From assembly GCA_964538705.1 (NCBI GenBank), contig CAZIEI010000009.1, positions 276 through 42,639 of the forward strand: a stretch of 42,364 nucleotides of DNA, read 5' to 3'. This document shows positions 32,924 to 41,928 of this stretch, piece after piece. The translations under genes and the position numbers were made by a program. The notes below the pieces were generated by a model. The model searched no databases. It had not been told where the DNA came from and saw only the letters and a program-made list of their open reading frames with translations. How positions within the stretch are numbered: position 1 is the stretch's first letter; each line of letters opens with the position of its first letter. This stretch comes from an uncultured Spirochaetales bacterium (GTDB taxonomy: Bacteria > Spirochaetota > Spirochaetia > Treponematales > JBGSOB01).

Positions 32924-35900
32924 ATGCCGGATCCTCGGGAAATCGGGCGGCTCAAGAAAATCATTCGCGCCCTCGCGAAGGAGGATTCCGTCCTCGAGGA
33001 GAAGGGCGAGCCCTACGTCGACCTTCCGCCTCCTCCTCCCGTGAAGCCGCTTCCCCCCGGCGCCGAGGCGGGCGCCGCTCTCGGCCCCGCGCCCGATTCC
33101 GCGCCGCGCGGCGGCTTCGCCGAGGTCCCCGATTTCTCCTCCCTCCTCGCTGGAATCGACCTGGATGCCCCTCCCGAGGAGGAACCCGCCGAGCTCGTCG
33201 AACCTGAGCTTGAATCCGCCGGACCTGAGACTACCGCGCCTCCGGACGCGTTCGAGGCCGCGGGGGATTTTACCCGCGACGCCGGATTCTCCGACGACCT
33301 CCTCAAGGACCTCCAGCCGCCCGAGGAAGTCGAGGCCGTCGAGGAGCCCGAGGAAGGGGCCGCGGAGGAAGCCGAAGCGCTCGAACCCGCCCAGGACGAA
33401 TACTCGGCCTTCGACCTCGGCGATTTCGCCGCCTCCATGATGAACGAGCCTGAGCCCGAGCCGGGGGAGGCAGAAGAACCGGCCGCGCTCGGCGGCGATG
33501 AGGACTACTCGGCGCTCGCCGATCTCGTCCTGGGGGCGGGAGACAGCGAAGCGCCAGCTCCCCGATCTGGCGCCTCCGAAGAGACATCGTCCGCGGGGTT
33601 CGAAGATATCTCCCTGCCCGACTTCGGCGAGGAGCCTTCGGAAGGCGCCGACCTGGGCGTCGAGCCTCCAGTTGAAGCCGAACCCGAACCGGAAGCCCCG
33701 CTCGGACCGGGCTTCGAGGGACTCGAGTCCGCCGAGGAGCCCGCGTCGGCGTCCCCAACCCGCGAGGAGGAGATGTCCTCTTTCGAAGACGCCTTCGCCG
33801 ATATGGCCGCTGAAGATGAATCCGCTGGAGGGCGCGGTTCGTCATCCGCGCCTCGCGAAGATGCCGGGGCGGCCGAGGAGCCCGGCGGATTCGAAGAAGG
33901 AGCCGGCTTCGAAGATAGCGCCTTCGCTGCCGCCGAGGCTGATACGGCCGCCGAGGGGCCCGAGGAGCGGAGCGGCGAACGGTTCGCGCCTCCGCCCATG
34001 GACGAGGGCGGCTTCGATCTCGGCGGCGAGGACCGCGGCGGGATGCTTTCGGGCGGAGCGGAGGGGGAAGAAGCGCCGAGCGCGTCCGCCGAGCCTTTCG
34101 GGGGATTCCGCATCCCCGACGAGGACCTGCCCCCGCCCCGCGAGTCCTCCTTCGATGAGGGCATGCCGGGCGAGGAGGAGCATCCCGTTCCGCCTCCGGC
34201 CGCCGAATTCGAATTCACCCCCGAGCCCCCCCGCGGCAAGGAGCGGAAGCGCGCGGCCGAAGAAACCGAGGAGCCCGAGGAGGAGGGCGGAGGCGGGGTC
34301 GCGCTCACCGAGCGCCAGCTCGACAAGCTTCAGGACAGCCTCCTCTCGTATCCGCTCAATCTGCGCCTCGAGATCGAGAAGGGCATAGCGTCGGAGGTAC
34401 TGGACGACCAGCAGGCCGCGGCCGTCATCAAGCTCCTCGTGGACGGGGAGTCCGCGCGGAAGGTCGCCGAGGAGCTCGGCCGCATGCTCGGGAAGCGGAT
34501 CGCCGTGCCCAAGGGCTTCGAGCGCCGCACGGGCGAGGAGCTGGAGGCGGAGCGCGGAAGCTTCTGGTACGCCTTCCGCAAGAACATCCTGCCTCTCCTC
34601 GGGGCGGCCGCGGCCACCATCATCGGCCTTGCCGGCCTCGGCTTCTTGGGATACCGCTTCGTGTACAAGCCTGTCCGCGCAGAAGGGATCTACCGCGAGG
34701 GCTTCCGCGCCGTCGTCGACGAGGACTACGTCCTCTCCGAGCGCCTCTTCGACAAGGCGTACGGCGTGCAGGGTTCCAAGGGCTGGCATTTCCGCTACGC
34801 GAACGCCTACGCGGCCAGAAAGCAGTTCTTCCTCGCCGAGAAAAAGTACGAGGAGATCCTCTCTCGCTATCCGCGGGACAAGCGCGCCGCGATGGAATAC
34901 GCGCGCATGGAGTCCGAGGTCCTCCTGGACTACTCCAAGGCGGAAGCGGTGCTCAAGCGCACAATCCTCGACTGGAGCCCCAAGGACGCGGACGCGATCC
35001 TCCTATCGGGCGACAATTACCTCGCCTGGGCCGACGACCTCCCCGCCGGCGCCGAGCGCGACGCCCGGCTCGAGTCCGCGCGCAAGGCCTACGCCTCGCT
35101 CGTCCGGATGAAGGGGCGGAAGGACGCCTACATGGGCCGCATGGCCCGTTACTTCATCCGCGCCGACAAGCTGAAGGAAATCCTTCCCATCAAGGAGTAC
35201 CTCCTCTCGGAGAAGAAGGCGAAGGTCGACGCCCTCGTCTACGCCGAGCTCGGCGGCTACCTCATAGACCGCGAGCTCCTCGACGGAGTCCAGCCGCTCC
35301 TCATGGCGGGCGCCTCGCGCGATCCGGCCCTGCCCGAGACGCATTACCAGCTCGCGCGCTTCTTCCGTGCCACGGGGGTGAGAGAGGAAGAGCGCAAGGC
35401 GATCATGAAGGCCATCGCCTCCTACGACGCGCTGCCCGCGCTCACCAAGCGGCGAGCGGCGGAGCGGATAGACGCCCTCCACTGGGCTGGACGCTGGCAT
35501 TTCGAGAACTGGCGCGAGACGCGGTTCAGCGACGAGGACAGCTTCGCTAAGGCGTCGGACTTCTACGTGAAGGCCATCGAGGCCTACGAGGACGCCCTCG
35601 ACAAGCGTTTCGTGAGGCCCGAGGCCCGCTTCGGGGCGATCTACGCGGGCCTTGCGGATATCCACTACTATGACAAGGAGGACCTGTCGCGGGCCTACGG
35701 GCTTTACGACAAGGCCGAGCGGAACGGCTATTCCTCCAGGGACACGGACTACCGCCGCGGATACATCGATTATCGGCGCGGGGATTTCGCGACTGCCCTC
35801 GAGCATTTCTATTCCGCGTCCGTCGGGGCGCGGGAGGAGGACAATCTCCTCTACGCCATGGCCAACGCCCTGTTCCGCCGCGAGGATTTCGCCGCCTCAG

Positions 35901-36313
35901 CCGGTTATTACGAGCGCGTCTCCCGCCGCATGCAGGACGAGATCGATCGCTTCGTCTTCGAGGATCCCCAGGACAGGCCGCAGCAGCGCCGGGTCGTCCT
36001 CCTCCTCATGACCGCCCGGAACAACCTGGGCGTCTCTCTGTATCGGCTCTCCTCGCGGCTCGGGGACGCCTCGCGCCGCTCCAAGGCCATGGCCGAGCTC
36101 TCGGAGTCCGCGCGCCTCTTCGACGTGATGAACCGCGATCAGGACACCATGATCCGGGCCAAGCAGGCCAACCTCGCCTACCTCAACCTGGACGGCGTCC
36201 TCCATCCCTCGCGGTCCTTCGTGCCCCAGATCTATCCGGGGATCCCCCGCGACATCGTAGACACCGACGAGCAAGCCGCCGTGAATGCGATGCTCTATTA
36301 CGGGGGGATGTAG
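32924..36313 (+). CDS. Large membrane protein: ~450-aa acidic E/P/A/G/D-rich low-complexity N-terminus, single TM, C-terminal TPR-like helical-repeat domain
   Basis: The 1129-aa ORF has consistent G/C third positions. TM ILPLLGAAAATIIGLAGLGFLGYRFVY lies at ~34586-34665. The C-terminal ~560 aa have repeated A/Y/L-spaced helices (..YANAYAARKQFFLAEKKYEEILSRYP.., ..YRRGYIDYRRGDFATALEHFYSA..) typical of TPR. Confidence 0.75.
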   Translation: MPDPREIGRLKKIIRALAKEDSVLEEKGEPYVDLPPPPPVKPLPPGAEAGAALGPAPDSAPRGGFAEVPDFSSLLAGIDLDAPPEEEPAELVEPELESAGPETTAPPDAFEAAGDFTRDAGFSDDLLKDLQPPEEVEAVEEPEEGAAEEAEALEPAQDEYSAFDLGDFAASMMNEPEPEPGEAEEPAALGGDEDYSALADLVLGAGDSEAPAPRSGASEETSSAGFEDISLPDFGEEPSEGADLGVEPPVEAEPEPEAPLGPGFEGLESAEEPASASPTREEEMSSFEDAFADMAAEDESAGGRGSSSAPREDAGAAEEPGGFEEGAGFEDSAFAAAEADTAAEGPEERSGERFAPPPMDEGGFDLGGEDRGGMLSGGAEGEEAPSASAEPFGGFRIPDEDLPPPRESSFDEGMPGEEEHPVPPPAAEFEFTPEPPRGKERKRAAEETEEPEEEGGGGVALTERQLDKLQDSLLSYPLNLRLEIEKGIASEVLDDQQAAAVIKLLVDGESARKVAEELGRMLGKRIAVPKGFERRTGEELEAERGSFWYAFRKNILPLLGAAAATIIGLAGLGFLGYRFVYKPVRAEGIYREGFRAVVDEDYVLSERLFDKAYGVQGSKGWHFRYANAYAARKQFFLAEKKYEEILSRYPRDKRAAMEYARMESEVLLDYSKAEAVLKRTILDWSPKDADAILLSGDNYLAWADDLPAGAERDARLESARKAYASLVRMKGRKDAYMGRMARYFIRADKLKEILPIKEYLLSEKKAKVDALVYAELGGYLIDRELLDGVQPLLMAGASRDPALPETHYQLARFFRATGVREEERKAIMKAIASYDALPALTKRRAAERIDALHWAGRWHFENWRETRFSDEDSFAKASDFYVKAIEAYEDALDKRFVRPEARFGAIYAGLADIHYYDKEDLSRAYGLYDKAERNGYSSRDTDYRRGYIDYRRGDFATALEHFYSASVGAREEDNLLYAMANALFRREDFAASAGYYERVSRRMQDEIDRFVFEDPQDRPQQRRVVLLLMTARNNLGVSLYRLSSRLGDASRRSKAMAELSESARLFDVMNRDQDTMIRAKQANLAYLNLDGVLHPSRSFVPQIYPGIPRDIVDTDEQAAVNAMLYYGGM

Positions 36314-36333
36314 GCCCGCCCTCCGGGCGATCC

Positions 36334-36363
36334 TTGACCTCATGCCCCGTCACGGTTTACTTT
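36334..36363 (+). promoter_or_regulatory. Possible promoter for tRNA-Val: TTGACC-17/18 nt-TTACTT/TACTTT
   Basis: Good -35 (5/6) at 36334-36339 but a weak -10, about 20 nt upstream of the mature tRNA 5' end. Confidence 0.25.
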
Positions 36364-36382
36364 AGGGCCCTGACGGATTCCC

Positions 36383-36454
36383 GGGCGATTAACTCAGCGG
36401 GAGAGTGCTACCTTCACACGGTAGAAGTCATTGGTTCAAATCCAATATCGCCCA
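36383..36454 (+). tRNA. tRNA-Val (anticodon CAC)
   Basis: Hand-folded cloverleaf with all stems perfect: acceptor GGGCGAT/ATCGCCC, D stem ACTC/GAGT, anticodon stem CTACC/GGTAG with loop TTCACAC, and T stem ATTGG/CCAAT with loop TTCAAAT. Variable loop AAGTC and discriminator A. CCA is not encoded. Confidence 0.88.
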
Positions 36455-36721
36455 TACGTTTTCCAAGACCGGGCAGAGAAAATCGACGTCTACATCGGCT
36501 ATGATTCTGTCTCGGTCATGAAGAGGTGCCATAGCTTTTTTCGATTTTTCCTGTATTGAATTTCGTACGATTCTTTAGCGGCATCTGGCCCGGTTTTTCC
36601 GTTCAGGAAACAAGTCCTTATAGTCCATAGATATATACTCAGTGGAGAGAGTCCCTCGATATTGGCATTATTCCTGCATACAAATACCAGAAGAATCCGA
36701 TAAGGGGACTAATAGGTTTTT

Positions 36722-37357
36722 ATGAGCGATGTACGTAGGATAGACGCCCCGCGAGCCGCGGTTCGGCCGATCGACCTCGGACAACGGGAAATTCGAACGG
36801 AAATCATCCGGAAATCCCTCCATTTCCTCATCGGTCTCACGCCGGCCCTCGCGACCTTGAGCCATTCCATGACGATGTCCTTGCTCGCCGTCGGCGTCGC
36901 GGTGTATTCCTTCGCGGAGATCCTGCGCCTGAGCGGGCGCGAGGTCATCCTTATTTCGCGCGTCACGGCCCTCGCCTCGCGGACCAGGGACGATGGGCGT
37001 TTCGTGCTCGGCCCCGTCACCCTGGGCCTCGGCGCCCTCGCCGCCCTCAGCTTCTACCCGGATCCCGCCGCGGCCATCGCCATTTACGCCCTCGCGTTCG
37101 GCGACGGCCTCGCGAGCCTCGTCGGAAAGCTCTTCGGCACAATCCGCATCCCCCTCACGAGGGGCAAAAGCGTCGAAGGAAGCCTCGCCTGTTTCCTCGC
37201 GGTGTTTTCCTCGACCTTCGGCCTGACCCGCTCGTTCGGCCGTTCGGTCGCCGTCGCCGTTTTCGCCACTCTCGTCGAGGCGCTCCCCGTGAAGGACCTG
37301 GACAACCTCCTCATACCGATATCGGTGGGATCCTTCGCGACGTTGCTCTTCGCCTAA
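36722..37357 (+). CDS. CTP-transferase-1 superfamily membrane protein (polyprenol/dolichol/phytol-kinase or CdsA-like)
   Basis: Multi-TM protein with RKSLHFLIGL, YALAFGDGLASLVGKLFG and GKSVEGSLACFL, resembling the conserved C-terminal motifs of the CdsA / Sec59 dolichol kinase family. No clear SD. Confidence 0.55.
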   Translation: MSDVRRIDAPRAAVRPIDLGQREIRTEIIRKSLHFLIGLTPALATLSHSMTMSLLAVGVAVYSFAEILRLSGREVILISRVTALASRTRDDGRFVLGPVTLGLGALAALSFYPDPAAAIAIYALAFGDGLASLVGKLFGTIRIPLTRGKSVEGSLACFLAVFSSTFGLTRSFGRSVAVAVFATLVEALPVKDLDNLLIPISVGSFATLLFA

Positions 37358-37375
37358 TGCAGTCCTGCGGAATCG

Positions 37376-38206
37376 TCAACCCCACATCGCGCGTTTATAC
37401 TGCTTTCTAAGGTAAAGGAAGGCCCCCGCCCCCAGAGAAGCGAGGGAGGCGGCGCAGACGACGGGATCGGCGGCGTGGAGAAGCCCGAGCCTTCCCGCGA
37501 TTCCCGATCCCATGCCGACGGCCATCCACGCGTAATCCCTCGACCCCTGGCGTTTCGACGCGATGACGTACCCGACAACGCTCATGGCGCCCATCGCCGC
37601 CATGGCTCCGTTGGTCGCGGCGCGTAGGCCGGACTGCACGAGGAACGTCTCGTAGGCCCGTCCCGTGTGCAGGGGCAAGGTGCCGCCCACGACGATCGAG
37701 AGGAATACCGCGATGAGGGCTGCCTGCCCGCTCTTCCCGTACTCCAAACCGCCCGCGTACAGGCTCGCTCCGAGGAGGAAGGAGGTTCCTGCCCATCGCG
37801 CCGTGAGGACCGCCCGGGTGAGGATCGAGGGGATGATGACCGCGCCGGGCGACGCTCGAGAGAGTAGAAGAAAGGGCCTGAGGCCTTCTACGGAAAGGGA
37901 TGCGAGCGCGAGGCCGAAGAAGAGGATCTCGCTGGACGCGGTCTTCCGGAACCAGCGGAGGGAGAGCGCGCCTCCCGCGAGGGCGAGTGCCGCGAGGGCA
38001 CCCGCGGACGCGAGCGAGCTCAGCACCCTCACGGCTGGGAGGGGCGCGACTATTGCGAGGGAAAAATCCGGAGCGAGGGCCGGGGATCCGTCAGCCAGGG
38101 CTCCCGTCCCGGCGCAGAGGAAGGCGCCCATCCCGAAGGCGGCTGCCATGACGGCCTCCAGGACGAGGCAGGCCGTGAGGACCCGATTCCTGATCGATAT
38201 CGTCAT
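37376..38206 (-). CDS. Integral membrane protein (about 7-8 TM), unknown function
   Basis: 276-aa A/L/G-rich hydrophobic ORF with good G/C third-position bias; no recognisable motif. Confidence 0.55.
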   Translation of the reverse strand: MTISIRNRVLTACLVLEAVMAAAFGMGAFLCAGTGALADGSPALAPDFSLAIVAPLPAVRVLSSLASAGALAALALAGGALSLRWFRKTASSEILFFGLALASLSVEGLRPFLLLSRASPGAVIIPSILTRAVLTARWAGTSFLLGASLYAGGLEYGKSGQAALIAVFLSIVVGGTLPLHTGRAYETFLVQSGLRAATNGAMAAMGAMSVVGYVIASKRQGSRDYAWMAVGMGSGIAGRLGLLHAADPVVCAASLASLGAGAFLYLRKQYKRAMWG

Positions 38207-38317
38207 CGCCCTGAAGGGTAAGCGCTCCGCCGGGCTTTGGGAAGGGGCGGGGAGCCTCCAGGAATGCCTAAAGACCCGGCTCCCGGGGCCGATATTCAGT
38301 CAAGAGGAGTACGAAGA

Positions 38318-39010
38318 ATGTCAAAGCGCATCGCGCTCCTGGCGGCCATGGCCCTGATCGCGTCGGCGGCTCTGTTCGCCGGCGACGTGGCCGAGTTCGT
38401 CAATCTCGGATTCTCCGACGACGGGGCGTATTTCCAGTTCGCCCAATACGGGATCGACGCCGCCACCGGGGGTTCCTACGCCGAGATCTACACGGTCCAC
38501 AATGCCCGGAACGAATTCGTCCCCAAGGGACTAATCCGCTCCTCGAGCGACGCGCCCCTCGATATCGGGCAGGACGGTTCAGGGCTGTTTTACAACCTCC
38601 TTTACAAGAACGCCGAGCAGGCGCGGAAATATCGCATCGACCATCTCAGGCAGGGGCGCCTGCTCTACATACTCCTGGACGGAGAGACGCCGCGTCAGGA
38701 GCTCTCCTTCAGGGACTTCAAGACCGGAGTAGACTATTCGCTCGCTCTCGACCAGAAGGTCGTTGAGAGTGGGGAGACGGTCTATTCCTCCTTCTCCCTC
38801 GAGATCGTCGCCAAGGGCGTTTCCGGAGCCGAGCGATCGTTCCGGGGCGGCACTCCGTCGGTCAAGCGGACCGGCGTCGAAGGTTATCTCATCCGCAGGG
38901 TCGTGCTGTCGCCCGATGAGCGTTTCATGATCGTCGTCGTCGAGAAGAAGGTCCGCGCGAGGGACGCCGATTCCCTCAGGTACATGGTCGAGGCCGTCAA
39001 GCTCGATTGA
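38318..39010 (+). CDS. Secreted protein, possibly DUF2259-like
   Basis: Start trimmed to ATG 38318 (SD AGAGGAG at 38303-38309). Signal peptide MSKRIALLAAMALIASAALFA. GD.AEFVNLGFSDDGAYFQFAQYGIDAATGGSYAEIYTV resembles the DUF2259 N-terminal pattern as I recall it. Confidence 0.55.
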   Translation: MSKRIALLAAMALIASAALFAGDVAEFVNLGFSDDGAYFQFAQYGIDAATGGSYAEIYTVHNARNEFVPKGLIRSSSDAPLDIGQDGSGLFYNLLYKNAEQARKYRIDHLRQGRLLYILLDGETPRQELSFRDFKTGVDYSLALDQKVVESGETVYSSFSLEIVAKGVSGAERSFRGGTPSVKRTGVEGYLIRRVVLSPDERFMIVVVEKKVRARDADSLRYMVEAVKLD

Positions 39011-39109
39011 TGGCTCCGCCCCGCGTGGATCGGGGCGCATGATTTGTTGGTACGGGGGCTCGCCAATGAGAGGCGGCCCCTTTGTTTTATCCGGCGGGAG
39101 GGACGCTCG

Positions 39110-40243
39110 ATGAGGATGCGCGTTAAGGCCGGCGGGGTCGCATGGGCGTTCGCCGCCCTGTCTGCGATGCTGGTCTCCGGATGTGCCCGGAGGGGCGGCG
39201 CGGACGCGGGGAACGCCGATTCCTTCCGGATCCCGTTCGACGACGGCCCGAAAGCCTTCGCCTTCGGTTCCGCCGACGGAGGGCCGCTTCTTTCGCCGCT
39301 CGCGGGGGGATCGCCGATGGAGGCGCCATCGCGCCGAGAGGCGTGGACGGCGGCCGTCCACGCGCGGGGGTTCGCGCGGGTCGGGGACCGGCTCGCGTGC
39401 GCCGTGAACGGAGTCGGCTTCGTATGGTTCGCCACCGCCGCGGATGAGGGCATGACGGCCCTCGTCGCGAGGGACCCAGCGGCATTCGGGGGACGGACAA
39501 TCACCTCCGTATGGACTGACGGTGTCCGGGCTTACGCCTTCCTGGCCGCTAACGACGCATTCGGCCCCGCCGCCGCCTCGTCCCGCCTCGTTTCCATCGC
39601 GCCCGGCGAAACGACGTTCCGCGACGAGCCCTTCCCCTTCGCTGATGCATACCCGCCGCCGTGGAAGGTCGTATCGGCGCATCCGGCCCTGCCCGAGTCG
39701 ATTCGCTACCAATTGATCCGCGAGCCGGCCGAGGGCGAGGACAGCGCCGAGGAGGCTTACGTCGAAACGCGCGGCTCGGGAGGCTGGAAGAGGATCTCAT
39801 CGGCGGCGTATTTGTCCGCGTGGAATCCGGCGAGCATCGATGGCGCTCCGGCCGCGGCCATCGGCCTCGCGGAGCCCGCGCCGATACTGGCCCGCTACGG
39901 CCGCGACGAGGCCGAGGCTTTCCTGGCCCTAAACTTACGGAAGGAGCCCTTTTTCGGCCTCGACTGCTATGCGCTCGCGGGCGATCCCGGGGCGCTTTTC
40001 ACGGCGGACGCTTGGGCCTGGATCGACTCCGGCATCGCGATCGCCGCGTATCCGGATGGTACGCTCCGGTTCCGGAACGAGGACCGCGTCGGGAACATCA
40101 AGTCGGCGAAGCTGCCCGCGCTCCCCCCGAGCATCGATTACGGGGAGTGCGCGGCGCTGGAGAACGTCGCATTCGTTGCGTGGGCGGAGAACGTCTATCC
40201 CGATACGTTGAGGGCGGGGATCACGGTTTCAAGGATTTTCTAG
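39110..40243 (+). CDS. Lipoprotein, unknown function
   Basis: Start trimmed to ATG 39110 (SD GGGAGGGA at 39096-39103). Signal peptide + lipobox MRMRVKAGGVAWAFAALSAMLVSGC. Confidence 0.6.
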   Translation: MRMRVKAGGVAWAFAALSAMLVSGCARRGGADAGNADSFRIPFDDGPKAFAFGSADGGPLLSPLAGGSPMEAPSRREAWTAAVHARGFARVGDRLACAVNGVGFVWFATAADEGMTALVARDPAAFGGRTITSVWTDGVRAYAFLAANDAFGPAAASSRLVSIAPGETTFRDEPFPFADAYPPPWKVVSAHPALPESIRYQLIREPAEGEDSAEEAYVETRGSGGWKRISSAAYLSAWNPASIDGAPAAAIGLAEPAPILARYGRDEAEAFLALNLRKEPFFGLDCYALAGDPGALFTADAWAWIDSGIAIAAYPDGTLRFRNEDRVGNIKSAKLPALPPSIDYGECAALENVAFVAWAENVYPDTLRAGITVSRIF

Positions 40244-40297
40244 AGGGCGACCGGGGAGCACCGAAATGCCGGTATGCGTCGAGCGGACGCGCCGCGT

Positions 40298-41329
40298 TCA
40301 GGCCCAGATTTCGATCGGGACGCCTTCCTTGGCCATGATTTCGTAGACGAGGACCTGGAGGATGAGCCGTTCGAGCCCTGAGGGCGACGAGCGGAGCTCT
40401 GCGTCCGACTCCGTGAGCCGCGAGAGGACGCGGCGGCACGCGGCGCGCGGGAATCGGGCGGATCCCTGCCTGTAGAGCTTCTGCTGCTTCTTGGAGCGGA
40501 GGCCGGACCTGAGGAAGGCTTCGTCAGCCGAAAGCCCCGACGCCATGCAGGTCTCAAAGCCCTCGAGCCGCGCGAAGCACCACTGGAGCCCCGCGAGGAG
40601 CACGATGGGCTCCCCTTCCTTCGAGTAGAGGATTTTCTCGAGGGTCTCGAGCGCCTCCTCGAGTCCGTCTGCGCAGATCCTATCGAAGAGCGAGAAGGCG
40701 TCCTCCGCGCGATTATGGCTGAGGTACGCCTCGACCGTCCCCTCGTCGAGCGCCGAGCCCGGTTCCATGAATAGGGCGAGCCTGGAGCACTCCTCCTTGA
40801 GAGCTTCGGTGTTGTTCTCGACGAGCTCGAGGATGGCCTGGACCGCCTCCTCGGTCACGCCCGCGCCCTTGCGCTTGAAGAAGGAGCGCACCCACTCCTC
40901 CTTCCTGTCTTCGAAGAGCTCCCAGAAGATCTTCGTGCGCCGTTCGCCGGCCGCGTCCTTGATCCCCTTGTCCACGCCCGCCTGGTCCGAGAGGAGGATG
41001 AGGACCGCGTCGTCCGAGGGAGACTTGAGGTAGTCGATCAGGACCGACGCGTCGGCCTTGGAGCCGATCTGCTCGACCCCGTGGTAGATGAAGACGCGCA
41101 TGGAGGCGAAGAGCGCGCCGTTGCGCATCTCGGACACGAGCTCGGAGGGCTTGGTCTCCGGCAGGTAGCGGCGGTACTCCTCGGGCTTCGACCCCGCTTC
41201 CGCGGCGGCCATGGAGATGATCCTGTGGATGAAATCGTTCTTCTCGCCGAGCTCCGGGCCGAGGAGGAGGTATGCGCGTTCCGCGCCCTCGCCGCCATGG
41301 CGGGCGCCATCGCGGGCGGACGGGCTCAA
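40298..41329 (-). CDS. holA: DNA polymerase III delta subunit
   Basis: Motifs AYLLLGPELGEKNDF.., ..LFASMRVFIYHGVE.. and ..VLILLSDQAG..; ~343 aa, typical for HolA. The only in-frame start upstream of the conserved N-terminus is TTG at 41329, which overlaps the lexA stop (TTGA). The 626-aa track ORF is read-through across lexA. Confidence 0.75.
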   Translation of the reverse strand: MSPSARDGARHGGEGAERAYLLLGPELGEKNDFIHRIISMAAAEAGSKPEEYRRYLPETKPSELVSEMRNGALFASMRVFIYHGVEQIGSKADASVLIDYLKSPSDDAVLILLSDQAGVDKGIKDAAGERRTKIFWELFEDRKEEWVRSFFKRKGAGVTEEAVQAILELVENNTEALKEECSRLALFMEPGSALDEGTVEAYLSHNRAEDAFSLFDRICADGLEEALETLEKILYSKEGEPIVLLAGLQWCFARLEGFETCMASGLSADEAFLRSGLRSKKQQKLYRQGSARFPRAACRRVLSRLTESDAELRSSPSGLERLILQVLVYEIMAKEGVPIEIWA

Positions 41330-41928
41330 GCGTAGGTCCTGATGAGGCCTTTGAGGCGGCCGAGGATCCTGGCCTCCTGCGTGTAGATGGCGGGGAAGGC
41401 CGGATTCTCGGCCTGGAGCTTGATGCGGTTGTTCTCTCGGAAGAAGCGCTTCAGCGTGACGGACTCGTCCACCATGGCCACGACGATCTCGCCGTCCTCG
41501 GCCGTCGTCTTCTCCTCGATGAGGGCGATGTCGCCGTTCATGATTCCGACGTCCTTCATGGAGTCGCCCCGCACGCGGAGCGCGAAGCAGGCCCGCTTTC
41601 CGAGCATGTGGGCCGGGACGGTGATCACCTTCTCGCGGTTCTCGTCGGCGAAGAGGGGCTTGCCGGCCGCCACCTCCCCGAGGAGGGGAACGTCGATCGC
41701 CTGGTCCTCGCGCTCGCCGCGGCCCAGGACCTCCACCGCCCTGGAGCGGTTCCCCTCGACCCGGAGGGCGCCCTTCTTCTCGAGGGCCTTCACGTGGTCG
41801 TAGGCGCCCTTCACGGAGATGGAGAAACGCTCGGCGATCTCGCGGATCGTCGGCGGATAGGCCCGCTTCGAGACGTATCCGGAGATGAACTCGAGGACTT
41901 CCTTTTGGCGTTCGGTCAGGTTCTTCAT
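41326..41928 (-). CDS. lexA: LexA repressor (S24 peptidase)
   Basis: Winged-helix N-terminus MKNLTERQKEVLEFI..YPPTIREIAERFSISVKGAYDHVKALEKKG, cleavage site GEVAAGKP, catalytic Ser in VRGDSM and Lys in VTLKRF. 200 aa. Confidence 0.9.
   Translation of the reverse strand: MKNLTERQKEVLEFISGYVSKRAYPPTIREIAERFSISVKGAYDHVKALEKKGALRVEGNRSRAVEVLGRGEREDQAIDVPLLGEVAAGKPLFADENREKVITVPAHMLGKRACFALRVRGDSMKDVGIMNGDIALIEEKTTAEDGEIVVAMVDESVTLKRFFRENNRIKLQAENPAFPAIYTQEARILGRLKGLIRTYA

Noticed and set aside
36314-36328. Hairpin GCCCG-ccctc-CGGGC right after the stop of the 1129-aa gene, considered as a terminator
   Set aside because: A 5-bp stem with no U-tract is too weak to call.
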